Virus record (IMG/VR): IMGVR_UViG_3300044842_000168
Coordinates: 11,135 to 75,134 of that record
Direction: 5' to 3' (one strand)
Origin: a virus
Taxonomy: Duplodnaviria > Caudoviricetes
DNA length: 64,000 nucleotides
In this document: piece by piece, positions 29,124-38,337 of the stretch
How positions within the stretch are numbered: the stretch's first letter is position 1
Layout of the letters: each line of letters starts with the position of its first letter
The notes under the pieces: generated by a model
Seen by the model: the letters and a program-made list of their open reading frames with translations, nothing else
What the model was told of the DNA's origin: nothing
Databases searched by the model: none
Made by a program: the position numbers and the translations under genes

Positions 29124-29162
29124 CCGAGGGCCGGCTGCTACGGGGAGGCAGCCGGCCCTCGG
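29124..29162 (-). terminator. Terminator ending the lysis cassette
   Basis: 15-bp stem CCGAGGGCCGGCTGC / GCAGCCGGCCCTCGG. Confidence 0.7.
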
Positions 29163-29180
29163 GGCGGGGGAGGAGTGGAG

Positions 29181-29552
29181 CTAGGCGGCGTGGTTGGGCG
29201 GCGCGGCGTTGATGGCCGGGGCCGACCGGGGTGGGATGACGGCGACGCCACCCACGACGGCGACGGTCAGCAGGACGTTCAGCCACTCGGCGAGCGTGAT
29301 GTGGCTGAGGCTCGCGCCGGCCGCGAGGTATGTCACGATCAACTGCAGCCCGGCGAGTACGCCGGCCAGGGCCGTCTTCGGCCACACCAGACCGGCCGGC
29401 AGCAGCCCGGCCAACCCGACCGCGAACGTCTGTGTGATGGCGATGCAGATCTGGAACCACTCCAGGGTGCTGATGCTGCCGTCTGAGAGCGCCGAGATGA
29501 TCGACACCAGGATCACGCCCAGCAGGGGCGGCAGGAGCTTGAGATAGGTCAT
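29181..29552 (-). CDS. Holin-like 4-TM protein
   Basis: Four hydrophobic helices with an internal repeat (STLEWFQI / TLAEWLNV); in the lysin operon. Confidence 0.65.
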   Translation of the reverse strand: MTYLKLLPPLLGVILVSIISALSDGSISTLEWFQICIAITQTFAVGLAGLLPAGLVWPKTALAGVLAGLQLIVTYLAAGASLSHITLAEWLNVLLTVAVVGGVAVIPPRSAPAINAAPPNHAA

Positions 29553-29956
29553 GACCAGGTCTTTCCTCTCCAGGCCCGCAGCCGAAGCTCGCGAGGCGGC
29601 TCGGGGGCGGTCAGCCCCTGGCCGGTGATGATACCCCGCAGACGCACTATGTAATCGACGGCCTTGTCCAGCATATTCTGCTGGTGCTCGATCTTCGCGT
29701 CTAGCTCGTTGTTCTTCTCTTCCAGGGCAGCAGCCCGGCGCTGGAGGCTTTCAATCTGCTGCCCCTGCGCGTTGGTGATTGCCACGAAGGCGGTCTGGTC
29801 CAACTCGCGCTGCTTTGACCAGTGATCCTCACGGGACGCCCGACGCGCCATCAACGCGGTGATGATTGCTGCTGCTACAGTCGGGACACCGACCAAGACG
29901 GTGCCCCATGTGATTCCCCCTGACGCTGCAGCGTCAACCGCCAAGATCATGAGCAT
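29549..29956 (-). CDS. Lysis-cassette membrane protein (TM plus coiled coil)
   Basis: One TM helix then heptads; typical neighbour of actinophage lysins. Confidence 0.6.
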   Translation of the reverse strand: MLMILAVDAAASGGITWGTVLVGVPTVAAAIITALMARRASREDHWSKQRELDQTAFVAITNAQGQQIESLQRRAAALEEKNNELDAKIEHQQNMLDKAVDYIVRLRGIITGQGLTAPEPPRELRLRAWRGKTWS

Positions 29957-30365
29957 CTACGTTCCCGTTCTCCGAAGGTGGCTCTGGCCAACTCGCTACC
30001 AGCATGACGATGCACGCCACAAACAACCAGATCACCGAGGCCAGCGCGCCGCGCTCGTATGTCCCCATCAGGAATGACACGAGTTCTGTCGACCCCCAGA
30101 AGAAGCATGGCGTGATGGCTCCGATAAACCCCAGGAAATCGTTCTTTCCCCGGAAAGCATAGATGATGCTCAATATCCCACCTAAGACAAACGTCCACCC
30201 CCAAAAGGGAAGAGGCAGGACGTTTTGGATCACCAGACGTTGGCCGGAGCCGAAGGCGGGGGACGGCTCGAACACGATGCCCAGCCCGTTGATGGTCCAC
30301 ACCGCGCCGATCAGCAGCAGGAAGATTCCTCGCCGACCGACGCGGCGTAGCAGACGCCACAGCAT
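29934..30365 (-). CDS. 4-TM membrane protein (holin-associated)
   Basis: Four TM segments; directly after the endolysin; visibly AT-richer DNA. Confidence 0.6.
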   Translation of the reverse strand: MLWRLLRRVGRRGIFLLLIGAVWTINGLGIVFEPSPAFGSGQRLVIQNVLPLPFWGWTFVLGGILSIIYAFRGKNDFLGFIGAITPCFFWGSTELVSFLMGTYERGALASVIWLFVACIVMLVASWPEPPSENGNVDAHDLGG

Positions 30366-30366
30366 G

Positions 30367-31422
30367 TCACTCGGGAACGTAGCTGGGGTTGATGACGGTG
30401 CGCCCGGCGTTCACCGGCAGCGCCAGGTAGGAGTTGAACTCGTCCCAGGTGATCGTGTTGGGACCCTTCACGCCGCCGTTCCGGTAGGCCACCTCGTTGT
30501 CGATGTTGTTGGCCTTGGGTGCGATGTGCTTCAGCATCCCGTTGTCGAACAGCATGAAGTCACCCGGCCACGTCTGGCCGGCCGGAACCTTGTTGCGGTC
30601 AGGGCTGATGATGACCATGGTGGGAACCTCCGTGTCATTGACGGGTGTTGGGGTGGGCTTGTTGCTGAACATCGCGGCGACGGCGCCGGAGCCCCGAACC
30701 GCGTTCGCGTCCACGTTGTAGCCGGCGACCTTCGCTGTGTCGGTGAACTGCCAGCCCCAGACGGACATGCCGCCGTAGCCGGCCGGGAAGGAGTTGTCGC
30801 CCGGGTAGAGGGCCGAGGCGTACCCCGAGCCGCCGACGTAGCTGGACACCTGCAGCAGCAGACCGGCGTTGGCGAGGGCGGCCAGCGAAGGGCTGCCCAT
30901 GTGATCCTGCCAGACCCAGTGCGGGAGGTAGGACAGGCCGACCTTGTAGCCCTTCGCCCGCATGGCGAGTGCGAACTGCAGGTGGTCGTTGACGGTGGGG
31001 ATCGGCGCGCCCGAGCCGTCCGGCTCGTGGTCGATCATCACCATCACCGAGGTGTCCCCGATGGAGCGAGCCGCCGTCGCCACCTGATCCGCGATGGAGA
31101 CGGACCGGGACGGGTACAGGAAGTGGTACGCCGCGAACGGCAGCCCGATGGACTGCGCCTGCCGCTTGAAGCCGGCGAACGCCGAGTCAGCCGACGACCG
31201 CATGGGTCCCTCGGCTCCCTTGTTCACGAGCGCGGCAGCGGCGTGCCGCACCTCCTCGTCATCGTGCATCCGCACGCTCAGGTGCCTGGCGAGGTTGTGC
31301 AGCCGGCTGACGCCGTAGCCGGTGGAGCTTCGGGCGATGACGCCAGCGAAGCCCTCAGTCTTGACAGCGGCCATGCTCAGGCCGGTCTGATAGAAGGCGA
31401 TATCGATGAAGAACTCGGTCAC
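30367..31422 (-). CDS. Endolysin, GH25 muramidase
   Basis: FIDIAFYQ, AAYHFL, MIDHE, WQFTD, VDAN motifs; PTPTP linker and C-terminal domain. Confidence 0.85.
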   Translation of the reverse strand: MTEFFIDIAFYQTGLSMAAVKTEGFAGVIARSSTGYGVSRLHNLARHLSVRMHDDEEVRHAAAALVNKGAEGPMRSSADSAFAGFKRQAQSIGLPFAAYHFLYPSRSVSIADQVATAARSIGDTSVMVMIDHEPDGSGAPIPTVNDHLQFALAMRAKGYKVGLSYLPHWVWQDHMGSPSLAALANAGLLLQVSSYVGGSGYASALYPGDNSFPAGYGGMSVWGWQFTDTAKVAGYNVDANAVRGSGAVAAMFSNKPTPTPVNDTEVPTMVIISPDRNKVPAGQTWPGDFMLFDNGMLKHIAPKANNIDNEVAYRNGGVKGPNTITWDEFNSYLALPVNAGRTVINPSYVPE

Positions 31423-31432
31423 GGCTCCCCTC

Positions 31433-32080
31433 TCATCCGTAGCGGAGCGGCCAGGCCTCCTCCCTCAACCGAGCATCCTTCTTCGCCCTCCGGAGGAACG
31501 TCAGACAGTGCCGCACCGCGTCTCTGCCGTGCTCCAAGCCTACGGTATCCCGATAGAGACCCCAGTCCTTCAGCCGGTCGTCCGTCACCGCACCCTTGGC
31601 GAGAGAGGGCGACTGGAGGAAGTACCGGCGCCCGTGGCGTAGCTTGGTGACGTTGCCATCGTCATCCATCTCGGCGGGTGTGTTCCCGGCTTGTCCACTC
31701 CACATCGCGTGATCGATCGCTGCGGTGATTCGCACCGGTGACAACACTTCTCGTGCCGCGTTCGACGTCCGCAGTATGAAGTCCTCGATGCCGATAGCCG
31801 CATCTTCCCAAGCGGACACCAGCGCGAGTGCCTCGGTAACCTGGCTGTTCTCCGGGCCAGTCCACTGTCCGCAGGACCAGTGGTGGATGTTGTCCAGCAC
31901 CTTGGCCTCTGGAGACTCTAGGGCGTCTGGGTGCACCGAGAACACTGCCCATCCTGTGGTGGACCCGGGATCGAACCACACCACGTTGGCGTATGGGGTG
32001 AAGTCGAAGTCGTCGGGGGAAGGTGCAGCGAGCCCGAAGTCAGCCGGCCGTACCGAGGGCAGCACGAAGGTTTCTGTCAC
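31433..32080 (-). CDS. ruvC: RuvC-like Holliday junction resolvase
   Basis: WFDPGSTTGWA, IGIEDF, HGRDAVRH acidic catalytic residues. Confidence 0.75.
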   Translation of the reverse strand: MTETFVLPSVRPADFGLAAPSPDDFDFTPYANVVWFDPGSTTGWAVFSVHPDALESPEAKVLDNIHHWSCGQWTGPENSQVTEALALVSAWEDAAIGIEDFILRTSNAAREVLSPVRITAAIDHAMWSGQAGNTPAEMDDDGNVTKLRHGRRYFLQSPSLAKGAVTDDRLKDWGLYRDTVGLEHGRDAVRHCLTFLRRAKKDARLREEAWPLRYG

Positions 32081-32084
32081 GGCC

Positions 32085-32315
32085 TCACGCCCACACCACG
32101 AGCCGGGGCACGGTGCGGGCCGGGATGGCGGTGACGGGGCGGTAGACCTCGGCGAGCGAAGCCAGGCGTTTGCCGGCCGTCAGACGGTGCGAGCCGTGTT
32201 CGTAGTACCGTCCGAGGTATTCGACGAATGCGACCGCGAGCGGCCATCCTAGGGTGGCGCCGTGGGTCTTGTACGCGAGCCGCAGCACGGCGAGGATCAT
32301 CCAGAAGGTGCTCAT
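32085..32315 (-). CDS. Hypothetical membrane-associated protein
   Basis: TGATG overlap with the ThyX stop; hydrophobic N-terminus. Confidence 0.45.
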   Translation of the reverse strand: MSTFWMILAVLRLAYKTHGATLGWPLAVAFVEYLGRYYEHGSHRLTAGKRLASLAEVYRPVTAIPARTVPRLVVWA

Positions 32316-33316
32316 CACGCCTCGATCCTGAACTTGGGGGTGGGAAGGAACGTACGCCGGTCCTGCTTGGCCCACGGGAAGCCGCACTGGCCCTCGACGC
32401 TTTCCCAGCCCTGGAACGTGCACTGCATCCCGACGCGCTTGGCGCCGGAGCACATCGGGCAGGTCACCAGCCAGCCGCGCCAGTCGCCATCGGTCTGCTC
32501 GCCGGCCGGATCCACAGCGAACAGCTTCCCGTCTCCGGAGCAATGTGGGCAGACGCTGCCCGTCTTCTCGCAGGAGATCTTGATGTACGGCTCCAGGAAC
32601 GGGTGGGCCTCGGCGAGCACCTTGCCCATCGATCGCATGACCGACACCATCTCCCACATGAACATGGAGCAGGCCCGGTACGCGTACACCGCGAGGAACT
32701 CCCGGACGGTGTACTCGCAGACGATGTAGTTGGTGGTGCCCTCGGGGAGGATGAACCGTGCGTCCTGGTACGAGATGTCCTCCTCGGCCGCGACCCGGTA
32801 CGCCCGCGCCGACATGGCCGCCGCCGCCTCGAACGCCTCCCGCGCCCGGGGGTTCCGGAACACGCTCTCGGGCATCCTGACGTCTGGCTCGTTGCCATAG
32901 AAGGTCGCCCGCTGCGACTGCTGGTGGAAGCCGGCGCGCCGGGACCGCACCAGCTGGTGTGTCAGGGCACGGGAGGCACCCCACACCTCGAACACGACCG
33001 TCTGGGACTCCAGCGCGGCCTGTAGACCGCCGCGCATCATCTCTTCCCAGTCGGTGCCCTCGTCTGTCTCTTCCACCGACACACCGGTCGTGGCCCGGGT
33101 CGCCCGCGACAGGACGCGGCGGAAGCTCTCCTCGTCCACGCCCTGCAGCAGCTTCACCCGCAGACCGTCCGTGCCGACCTGCAGCACACCGGGGGCGTCG
33201 GCGCCGGGAGCGGTGTGCCGGCCGTCCGTGTTCATCGAGTGTCGGTTGAACGCCTTGTCGGCCAGGATGGGGTCGTTGTCCCACTCGTTGTTCGGCCGGC
33301 TCCTGTGGTACGTCAC
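32315..33316 (-). CDS. thyX: Divergent flavin-dependent thymidylate synthase (ThyX-like) with CxxCxGxG Zn insert
   Basis: FEVWGASRALTHQLVRSRRAGFHQQSQR, ARFILPEG, YR.C...WE; CPHCSGDG...CPMCSGA. Confidence 0.8.
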   Translation of the reverse strand: MTYHRSRPNNEWDNDPILADKAFNRHSMNTDGRHTAPGADAPGVLQVGTDGLRVKLLQGVDEESFRRVLSRATRATTGVSVEETDEGTDWEEMMRGGLQAALESQTVVFEVWGASRALTHQLVRSRRAGFHQQSQRATFYGNEPDVRMPESVFRNPRAREAFEAAAAMSARAYRVAAEEDISYQDARFILPEGTTNYIVCEYTVREFLAVYAYRACSMFMWEMVSVMRSMGKVLAEAHPFLEPYIKISCEKTGSVCPHCSGDGKLFAVDPAGEQTDGDWRGWLVTCPMCSGAKRVGMQCTFQGWESVEGQCGFPWAKQDRRTFLPTPKFRIEA

Positions 33317-33370
33317 TGCATTCTCCTTCTCACGGGATCAGCTGATCTTACGGTCGATCTTGTGTTGCGT

Positions 33371-33673
33371 CTACTCGGGGTAGTCGCCGGCCTCCCAGTA
33401 ACCGTGCGAGGGCGGCTCCTCGGCCTTGACCGGACTCCAACCGGGGCAAGGCGCGACGTTGTTGGAATAGGGCGGCGCCCATTGGTGCGCCGCGTGCTCG
33501 ATCGCCATCGACCACTCCGGGCACGGCGACGGCTCGGCCTGTCGCGACTCGCGCACGGCCGTCTGGAACACCTCGACGCAGCGCTGTACCTCACGGTCGT
33601 TCGCGAGGTCGTGGCCCATCTCCTCGGCCACCGCCTTGAGACCGATGGCGATCTCTCCCCAGATCAGTTCCAT
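33371..33673 (-). CDS. Hypothetical protein
   Basis: 100-aa ORF in operon chain. Confidence 0.45.
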   Translation of the reverse strand: MELIWGEIAIGLKAVAEEMGHDLANDREVQRCVEVFQTAVRESRQAEPSPCPEWSMAIEHAAHQWAPPYSNNVAPCPGWSPVKAEEPPSHGYWEAGDYPE

Positions 33674-33891
33674 GACTGCTCCTCCTCATCCTCCAGCGCC
33701 AGCAAGCGCTGCTCGGCTTCTCCAGCGGCCTCGTCACAGTCGATCTCGTCCAGGAGCCGGCCAAGCTCCGTGACGTTGTAGTCGCTGGGGTCGATCTGCT
33801 CGGACTCCAGCGCAGCCTGCAGCAAATCCTCGCTCAGGTTGTCGATCGCACCGCGCACCAACTTCGCAGCAGCGTTCCGCAGCTCGCTCAT
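33664..33891 (-). CDS. Hypothetical acidic protein
   Basis: ATGA overlap with the MazG stop. Confidence 0.5.
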   Translation of the reverse strand: MSELRNAAAKLVRGAIDNLSEDLLQAALESEQIDPSDYNVTELGRLLDEIDCDEAAGEAEQRLLALEDEEEQSWN

Positions 33892-34292
33892 GCCCGCTTC
33901 CCTCCGTGCCGGTAGGGCCGGCCCTCGTTGTAGGCCATCTTCTCTGCCACGGCCTTGTCGAGATCGATCCCGTACCGGCCGGCGAGGTCGAAGACGCGGA
34001 TCAGGATGTCGGCGAGTTCGATCGGTACGCCTTCGGGCTTGTCGCCTACGTAGTAGGTCTCGGTGAAGCCGTGGCCGGCTCGCCACTCCTCGAACGCCTC
34101 GGTGACCTCGGTGTGCACGAGGGCGATGGAGGTACCGAAGTCCGGCGCCGGGTCCCAGAAGCCGTGCGACAGTGAGTTGCTGTGCGCTCGGTGCTGCAAG
34201 GAGTTAAAGGGATGTGCGGCAAGCTCCCGCACCGCAAGCCTCGCATCCTCAAGAGCCTCTTCCAGCTCCTTGATTCGGCTCTCAAGCGACAT
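33888..34292 (-). CDS. mazG: MazG-like nucleotide pyrophosphohydrolase
   Basis: ALVHTEVTEAFEEWR...EGVPIELADILIRVFDL...EKMAYN..RPYRHG. Confidence 0.85.
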   Translation of the reverse strand: MSLESRIKELEEALEDARLAVRELAAHPFNSLQHRAHSNSLSHGFWDPAPDFGTSIALVHTEVTEAFEEWRAGHGFTETYYVGDKPEGVPIELADILIRVFDLAGRYGIDLDKAVAEKMAYNEGRPYRHGGKRA

Positions 34293-37200
34293 CTTCGGCC
34301 GCCTCTCCTTCGTCGTCTTCCTCGGGGTCGATGACCGCGAGGCTCTTCACGTACAACGAGGCGCCGAATCCAGAGCGGGAGCGTCGGGCGCTCACCATCA
34401 CGACGTCGTGGTTAACGCGGAGTCCCTCCAGCGCCTCGGCGAACTTGGGGTAATCGAAGCGGGTGATGCGCAGGTACACATCCTCCTCGCCATCGTCGTA
34501 GCAGTGCAGCACACAGGAGTGCACGAGGTCCGGCCGCTTCATCTCGGCCTTGATCTCGTCAATCTCCTTGCCGGACCGGGCGCGCTCATCCTCGATGGCG
34601 TCCTTGTACTCCTTGAGCTTGACGAGGCCGACCCAGCGAATCCGGGCGCCGCCACGTGCCTCGATGATCTCGTCTGAGGTGTGTGTCGGGGCCGGCATGC
34701 GCAGCGAGCCCTCCGAGATCGCCGACCGGATCGCGGCGAGAGCGATCTCGGTACGCCGCAGCCCGAACGGATCATCTCCCAGCTGGTGCCGGAAGACTTC
34801 GATCTTCTTCGCACCGATCCCCTTGATGTTGGCGAGGTCGTCAATGCAGGTGATCTCGTGATCCTTCGCGTACTCCAGGATGACCCGGGCCATCTTGACC
34901 CCAATCCCCTTGAGCTGGGTCCAGCCGGCCGCCACGGTCGTCGAGTCCACCGCTGTCCAGGTCAGGCCGGAGCGCTTCGGGTCCACGCCCCGGACCTCGA
35001 TCCCGTGCGCCTCGGCGTCCCGGATCAACCGGGGCCACTTCTCCGGCTTCGTCTTCTGCAGCTGTGCGGTATAGAAGGCGACCGGGTGGTGCGTCTTGAG
35101 CCACATGCACCACTGCCCGAGCCGGCTGTACGAGATGGAGTGTGCGATGTTGAAGACGTAGGTAGCTGAGGTCACCAGCTTTCCCCACACCTTCCGGGCG
35201 GTCTCCTCGTCCATCCCGTGCAGGCGCTTCGCCCCCTCCACGAAATCGATAGCGCTCTTGTTGAACTGTGCCTCGCCGAGCTTCTGCGAGATGATCTTGC
35301 GGATCTCGTGGACCCGCTTGACGGGTAGACCGCCGATGATCCGGAGCGCATTCAGCACCTGCTCCTGGTAGATCACCTGGCCCTTGGTGTCCTTGAGCAT
35401 CTCGTCCAGCAGTGGGTGATACCGCGTCGGCTTCTTCTTGCCCTGCCTGACGGCGATGTACTCGGCAGTCGATCCGGAGAACAGCGGCCCTGGGCGTGAC
35501 AGGGTGTTGACGTCTGAGAGCTCCATGAAGTTCCGGGGCTTGACCTCCCGGCACACCAGCCGCGTCGCCCGACCCTCGAACTGGAAGATGCCCACGACAT
35601 CGTTGCGGCGAAAGGCTTCTAGCGTCTCCTCGTCTTCGGCTGGGATCGCATACAGGTCATCCAGCGTGAGGCCGGCGATCTCCAGAGCGATCCGGATCAT
35701 GCCCATGGTGGTGAGGCCGAGGAAGTCAGCCTTCATCAGCCCCAGATAGGCCGCGTCGTACTTGTCAACCGAGACAACAGAAATCTGCTCCTCAGAGCCG
35801 TCTTGGTACTTCTTAGTTCTGGTGTACATCGCGCAGGTGTCCGCGACCGGGGTGTTGGTGACCACGAGTCCGGCGGCGTGCACCGACATGCCTCGGTAGT
35901 TACCCTGCAGCTTCAGGGCGTACTGGAGGTACTCGGCGTTCCGCTCGTAAGCCTCCTTGGCTTGTGGGAACATCTCGATGGTGTCCAGCAGCGTGAAGTC
36001 ACCGCGCGAGTCACCGCCCGACCGCTCCACCAGCACGCCCTTGATCGCCTCGACGTCGGCCCGGTTGATCTCCTTGGGGAAGCCGCGCACGATGTCGTCG
36101 ATGGAGTTCTTGCCCTTGTACTTGGTGTAGGTACCGATGTTTCCCACCCGGTCCTCGCCGTACAGCTCGACCACGTGTGCCCGGACCTCGTGCCGCCTCT
36201 CATCATCGAAGTCCAGGTCAACATCTGGCTCATCCTCGCGGTCGGGCGCGATGAACCGCTCAAACTGCATCAGCGGGAACTCCAGCGGATCGATCTCGGT
36301 GATGCGCAGGAGATAGCTCACGAGCGAAGCTGCCGCTGAGCCACGCGCCGGCCCGACCGGGATGCCGTGATCCTTCGCGTGCCGCACGATGTCCGAGAGC
36401 ATCAGGAAGTAGTCGCAGAAGTCCTTGTTGGTGATGGCTTCCATCTCGTACCTGAGCCGGGCCACGTACTCGTCCGCGTGCCGGCGCATGCGTCGGTTCC
36501 CGTGTGCGACGCGGTACTGCCAGCCCTCCCGTAGCCACGTCCAAACCAAATCTACGGTGCTAACGCCCTCGGGGAGGGGGTAGCGGAGCCGTTCGGCCTT
36601 CGGCAGCGTTACGGAGCATCTCGCGGCGATCTCGGCTGTGTTCCGGAGCGCTTCCTCAGCGGAGCGCTTGGACAGACCAGTCGCCCGCAGCCGATCGTAC
36701 ACGTACCGATCCGAGGTCGGATAGTCGGCAGGTATCCCATACTCCCACTTGGCCTCCATGGCCGCGACCGAGCCGGCGCCTCGGCCGGCGGCGTGCAGGA
36801 TGGAGCGCATCTGCGAGTCGGCGGTACTCGGGTAGTGCACATCAGCCGTCGCCACGAGCGGGATCTTCAGCTCTCGGCCGATCCGCTCGAACGCCGGGTT
36901 GAGACGCTTCGTCCGGTCCAGCTCCGGAAAGATCTGGCACTCCAGGTAGTAGCTGTCGCCGAAGATCTCCCGGAACTGAGCAGCAACCCGCTTGGCTGCC
37001 TTGTAACCCTGCCCATCCCCCATCATCTTGCCACCGTCCAGTACACATGACAGTAGCGAGTCGGCGCAACCCGACAGCACGATCAAGCCACGCCGGTGCT
37101 CCGACAGCATACGCCCGGTCGCGGTAGGCCACTGATAGAAGTTCTCGGCATACGAACGCGACACCACACGATTGAGGTTCCGGTACCCCTCCAGATCCTC

Positions 37201-37458
37201 AGCGACGACGGTGAGGTGGCACTTCTGGCGATACGGGCCACCCTTTGGCTCGGTGTATAGCTCGGCTCCGAAGACCGGCTTGACACCGGCTGCCACAGCG
37301 GCCTTCTCCAGCTTGACGTGAGAGGAGACGTTGCCGTGCTCGGTGAGCGCGACGGCTCCCATGCCGAGTTCAGCGACCCGGGCGACATGGGCCTCGGGCA
37401 GCCCGAAGCCGTCGAGGTAGCTGAACGTCGAGTGGCTGTGCAGCGAAACGAAGTCCAC
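34282..37458 (-). CDS. dnaE: DnaE-like DNA polymerase III alpha subunit
   Basis: PHP motif SLHSHSTFSYLDG, ALTEHG, GPARGSAAASL, PDVDLDFD, K.DFLGL, FNIAHSISY; start GTG 37458 after AAGGAGG. Confidence 0.95.
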   Translation of the reverse strand: MDFVSLHSHSTFSYLDGFGLPEAHVARVAELGMGAVALTEHGNVSSHVKLEKAAVAAGVKPVFGAELYTEPKGGPYRQKCHLTVVAEDLEGYRNLNRVVSRSYAENFYQWPTATGRMLSEHRRGLIVLSGCADSLLSCVLDGGKMMGDGQGYKAAKRVAAQFREIFGDSYYLECQIFPELDRTKRLNPAFERIGRELKIPLVATADVHYPSTADSQMRSILHAAGRGAGSVAAMEAKWEYGIPADYPTSDRYVYDRLRATGLSKRSAEEALRNTAEIAARCSVTLPKAERLRYPLPEGVSTVDLVWTWLREGWQYRVAHGNRRMRRHADEYVARLRYEMEAITNKDFCDYFLMLSDIVRHAKDHGIPVGPARGSAAASLVSYLLRITEIDPLEFPLMQFERFIAPDREDEPDVDLDFDDERRHEVRAHVVELYGEDRVGNIGTYTKYKGKNSIDDIVRGFPKEINRADVEAIKGVLVERSGGDSRGDFTLLDTIEMFPQAKEAYERNAEYLQYALKLQGNYRGMSVHAAGLVVTNTPVADTCAMYTRTKKYQDGSEEQISVVSVDKYDAAYLGLMKADFLGLTTMGMIRIALEIAGLTLDDLYAIPAEDEETLEAFRRNDVVGIFQFEGRATRLVCREVKPRNFMELSDVNTLSRPGPLFSGSTAEYIAVRQGKKKPTRYHPLLDEMLKDTKGQVIYQEQVLNALRIIGGLPVKRVHEIRKIISQKLGEAQFNKSAIDFVEGAKRLHGMDEETARKVWGKLVTSATYVFNIAHSISYSRLGQWCMWLKTHHPVAFYTAQLQKTKPEKWPRLIRDAEAHGIEVRGVDPKRSGLTWTAVDSTTVAAGWTQLKGIGVKMARVILEYAKDHEITCIDDLANIKGIGAKKIEVFRHQLGDDPFGLRRTEIALAAIRSAISEGSLRMPAPTHTSDEIIEARGGARIRWVGLVKLKEYKDAIEDERARSGKEIDEIKAEMKRPDLVHSCVLHCYDDGEEDVYLRITRFDYPKFAEALEGLRVNHDVVMVSARRSRSGFGASLYVKSLAVIDPEEDDEGEAAEDVA

Positions 37459-37491
37459 GCCTCGCCCTCCTTCCACGATGACCCTATCGGT

Positions 37492-37511
37492 GTGGACGCG
37501 GTTGCGTCTAC
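37492..37511 (-). promoter_or_regulatory. 20-bp palindromic operator / promoter of dnaE
   Basis: GTGGACG-cggttg-CGTCTAC; -10 TAGGGT 5 nt downstream. Confidence 0.7.
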
Positions 37512-38113
37512 TCTTCGCCCCGAAGCCAAGCCCCGAACCTAGTCCAGTGTTCCTCGACTACCGGCCCCATAACCTTTCTGTTGCGTAGCACATGACTCGG
37601 GTGGAACATCGCCCAGTAGTCGATGTCGCCCTTGATCACGAGATGCTGCCCGGCGACCCGGGAGAGCGAGAAGGCCTGCCGCCCCCGGTGCTTCCGGGCT
37701 CGGTCCCGCAGGGAAGCGGCACCCAATACTGCATGTGCAACTGATCCGATCGCCACGAGACAGTCTGGCTTGACCGAGGCGTACTCCCGCCGGAGGTACG
37801 GCACCGAGGCCACCACGAGATCTCCAGCGGGCGTTGGGTTGCCCTTGCCGGGCCAGTACTTGACGACGTTGGTGACGTAGACGTCCTCCCAGTCCAGGCC
37901 GGCGAGGGCGAGCAGCCGGCCCAGGAGGATGCCCGAGGGGCCAACGAACGGCTTCCCGTGCAGGTTTTCCCGGGCGCCCGGTGCTTCGCCCACGAGCATG
38001 GCCATAGGGTGGGTCGTTCGTCCCCTCCCGGGCACGAGCCGGCGTCCGGGGAGCCGCAACGAGGCGAAGGCCGGATCGGTCCGGTAGTCCTCCCATACAT
38101 CGTCAAGCGACAC
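37508..38113 (-). CDS. udg: Uracil-DNA glycosylase family 4-like
   Basis: VGEAPGARE, PFVGPSG, YVTNVVK, FHPSHVLRN. Confidence 0.9.
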   Translation of the reverse strand: MSLDDVWEDYRTDPAFASLRLPGRRLVPGRGRTTHPMAMLVGEAPGARENLHGKPFVGPSGILLGRLLALAGLDWEDVYVTNVVKYWPGKGNPTPAGDLVVASVPYLRREYASVKPDCLVAIGSVAHAVLGAASLRDRARKHRGRQAFSLSRVAGQHLVIKGDIDYWAMFHPSHVLRNRKVMGPVVEEHWTRFGAWLRGEE

Positions 38114-38115
38114 CC

Positions 38116-38337
38116 CTACACCTCCCAGTACGACAGCACCGAGCTCAGCGGCCAGGAGCGCAGCAGCTCCGCGCACACCAGGTTGGAGTACGGATGGCCC
38201 CAGAGTTCCAGCACCGGAACGTCGCTCTTCACCACCAGTCTGAGAGCCGATCCCCGGTGCTCCTCTTCGGCCCCGTCGACAGTCTTGATGTGGAAAGTCT
38301 TGTCATTGTTGTAGTTGCCCGGGTGGGCCTCAGCCAT
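38116..38337 (-). CDS. Hypothetical protein
   Basis: 73 aa, overlaps the upstream stop. Confidence 0.45.
   Translation of the reverse strand: MAEAHPGNYNNDKTFHIKTVDGAEEEHRGSALRLVVKSDVPVLELWGHPYSNLVCAELLRSWPLSSVLSYWEV

Noticed and set aside
33355-33374. Tenth operator copy upstream of thyX
   Set aside because: Only the CGTCTAC half is present and it coincides with a TAG stop; the other arm does not match.
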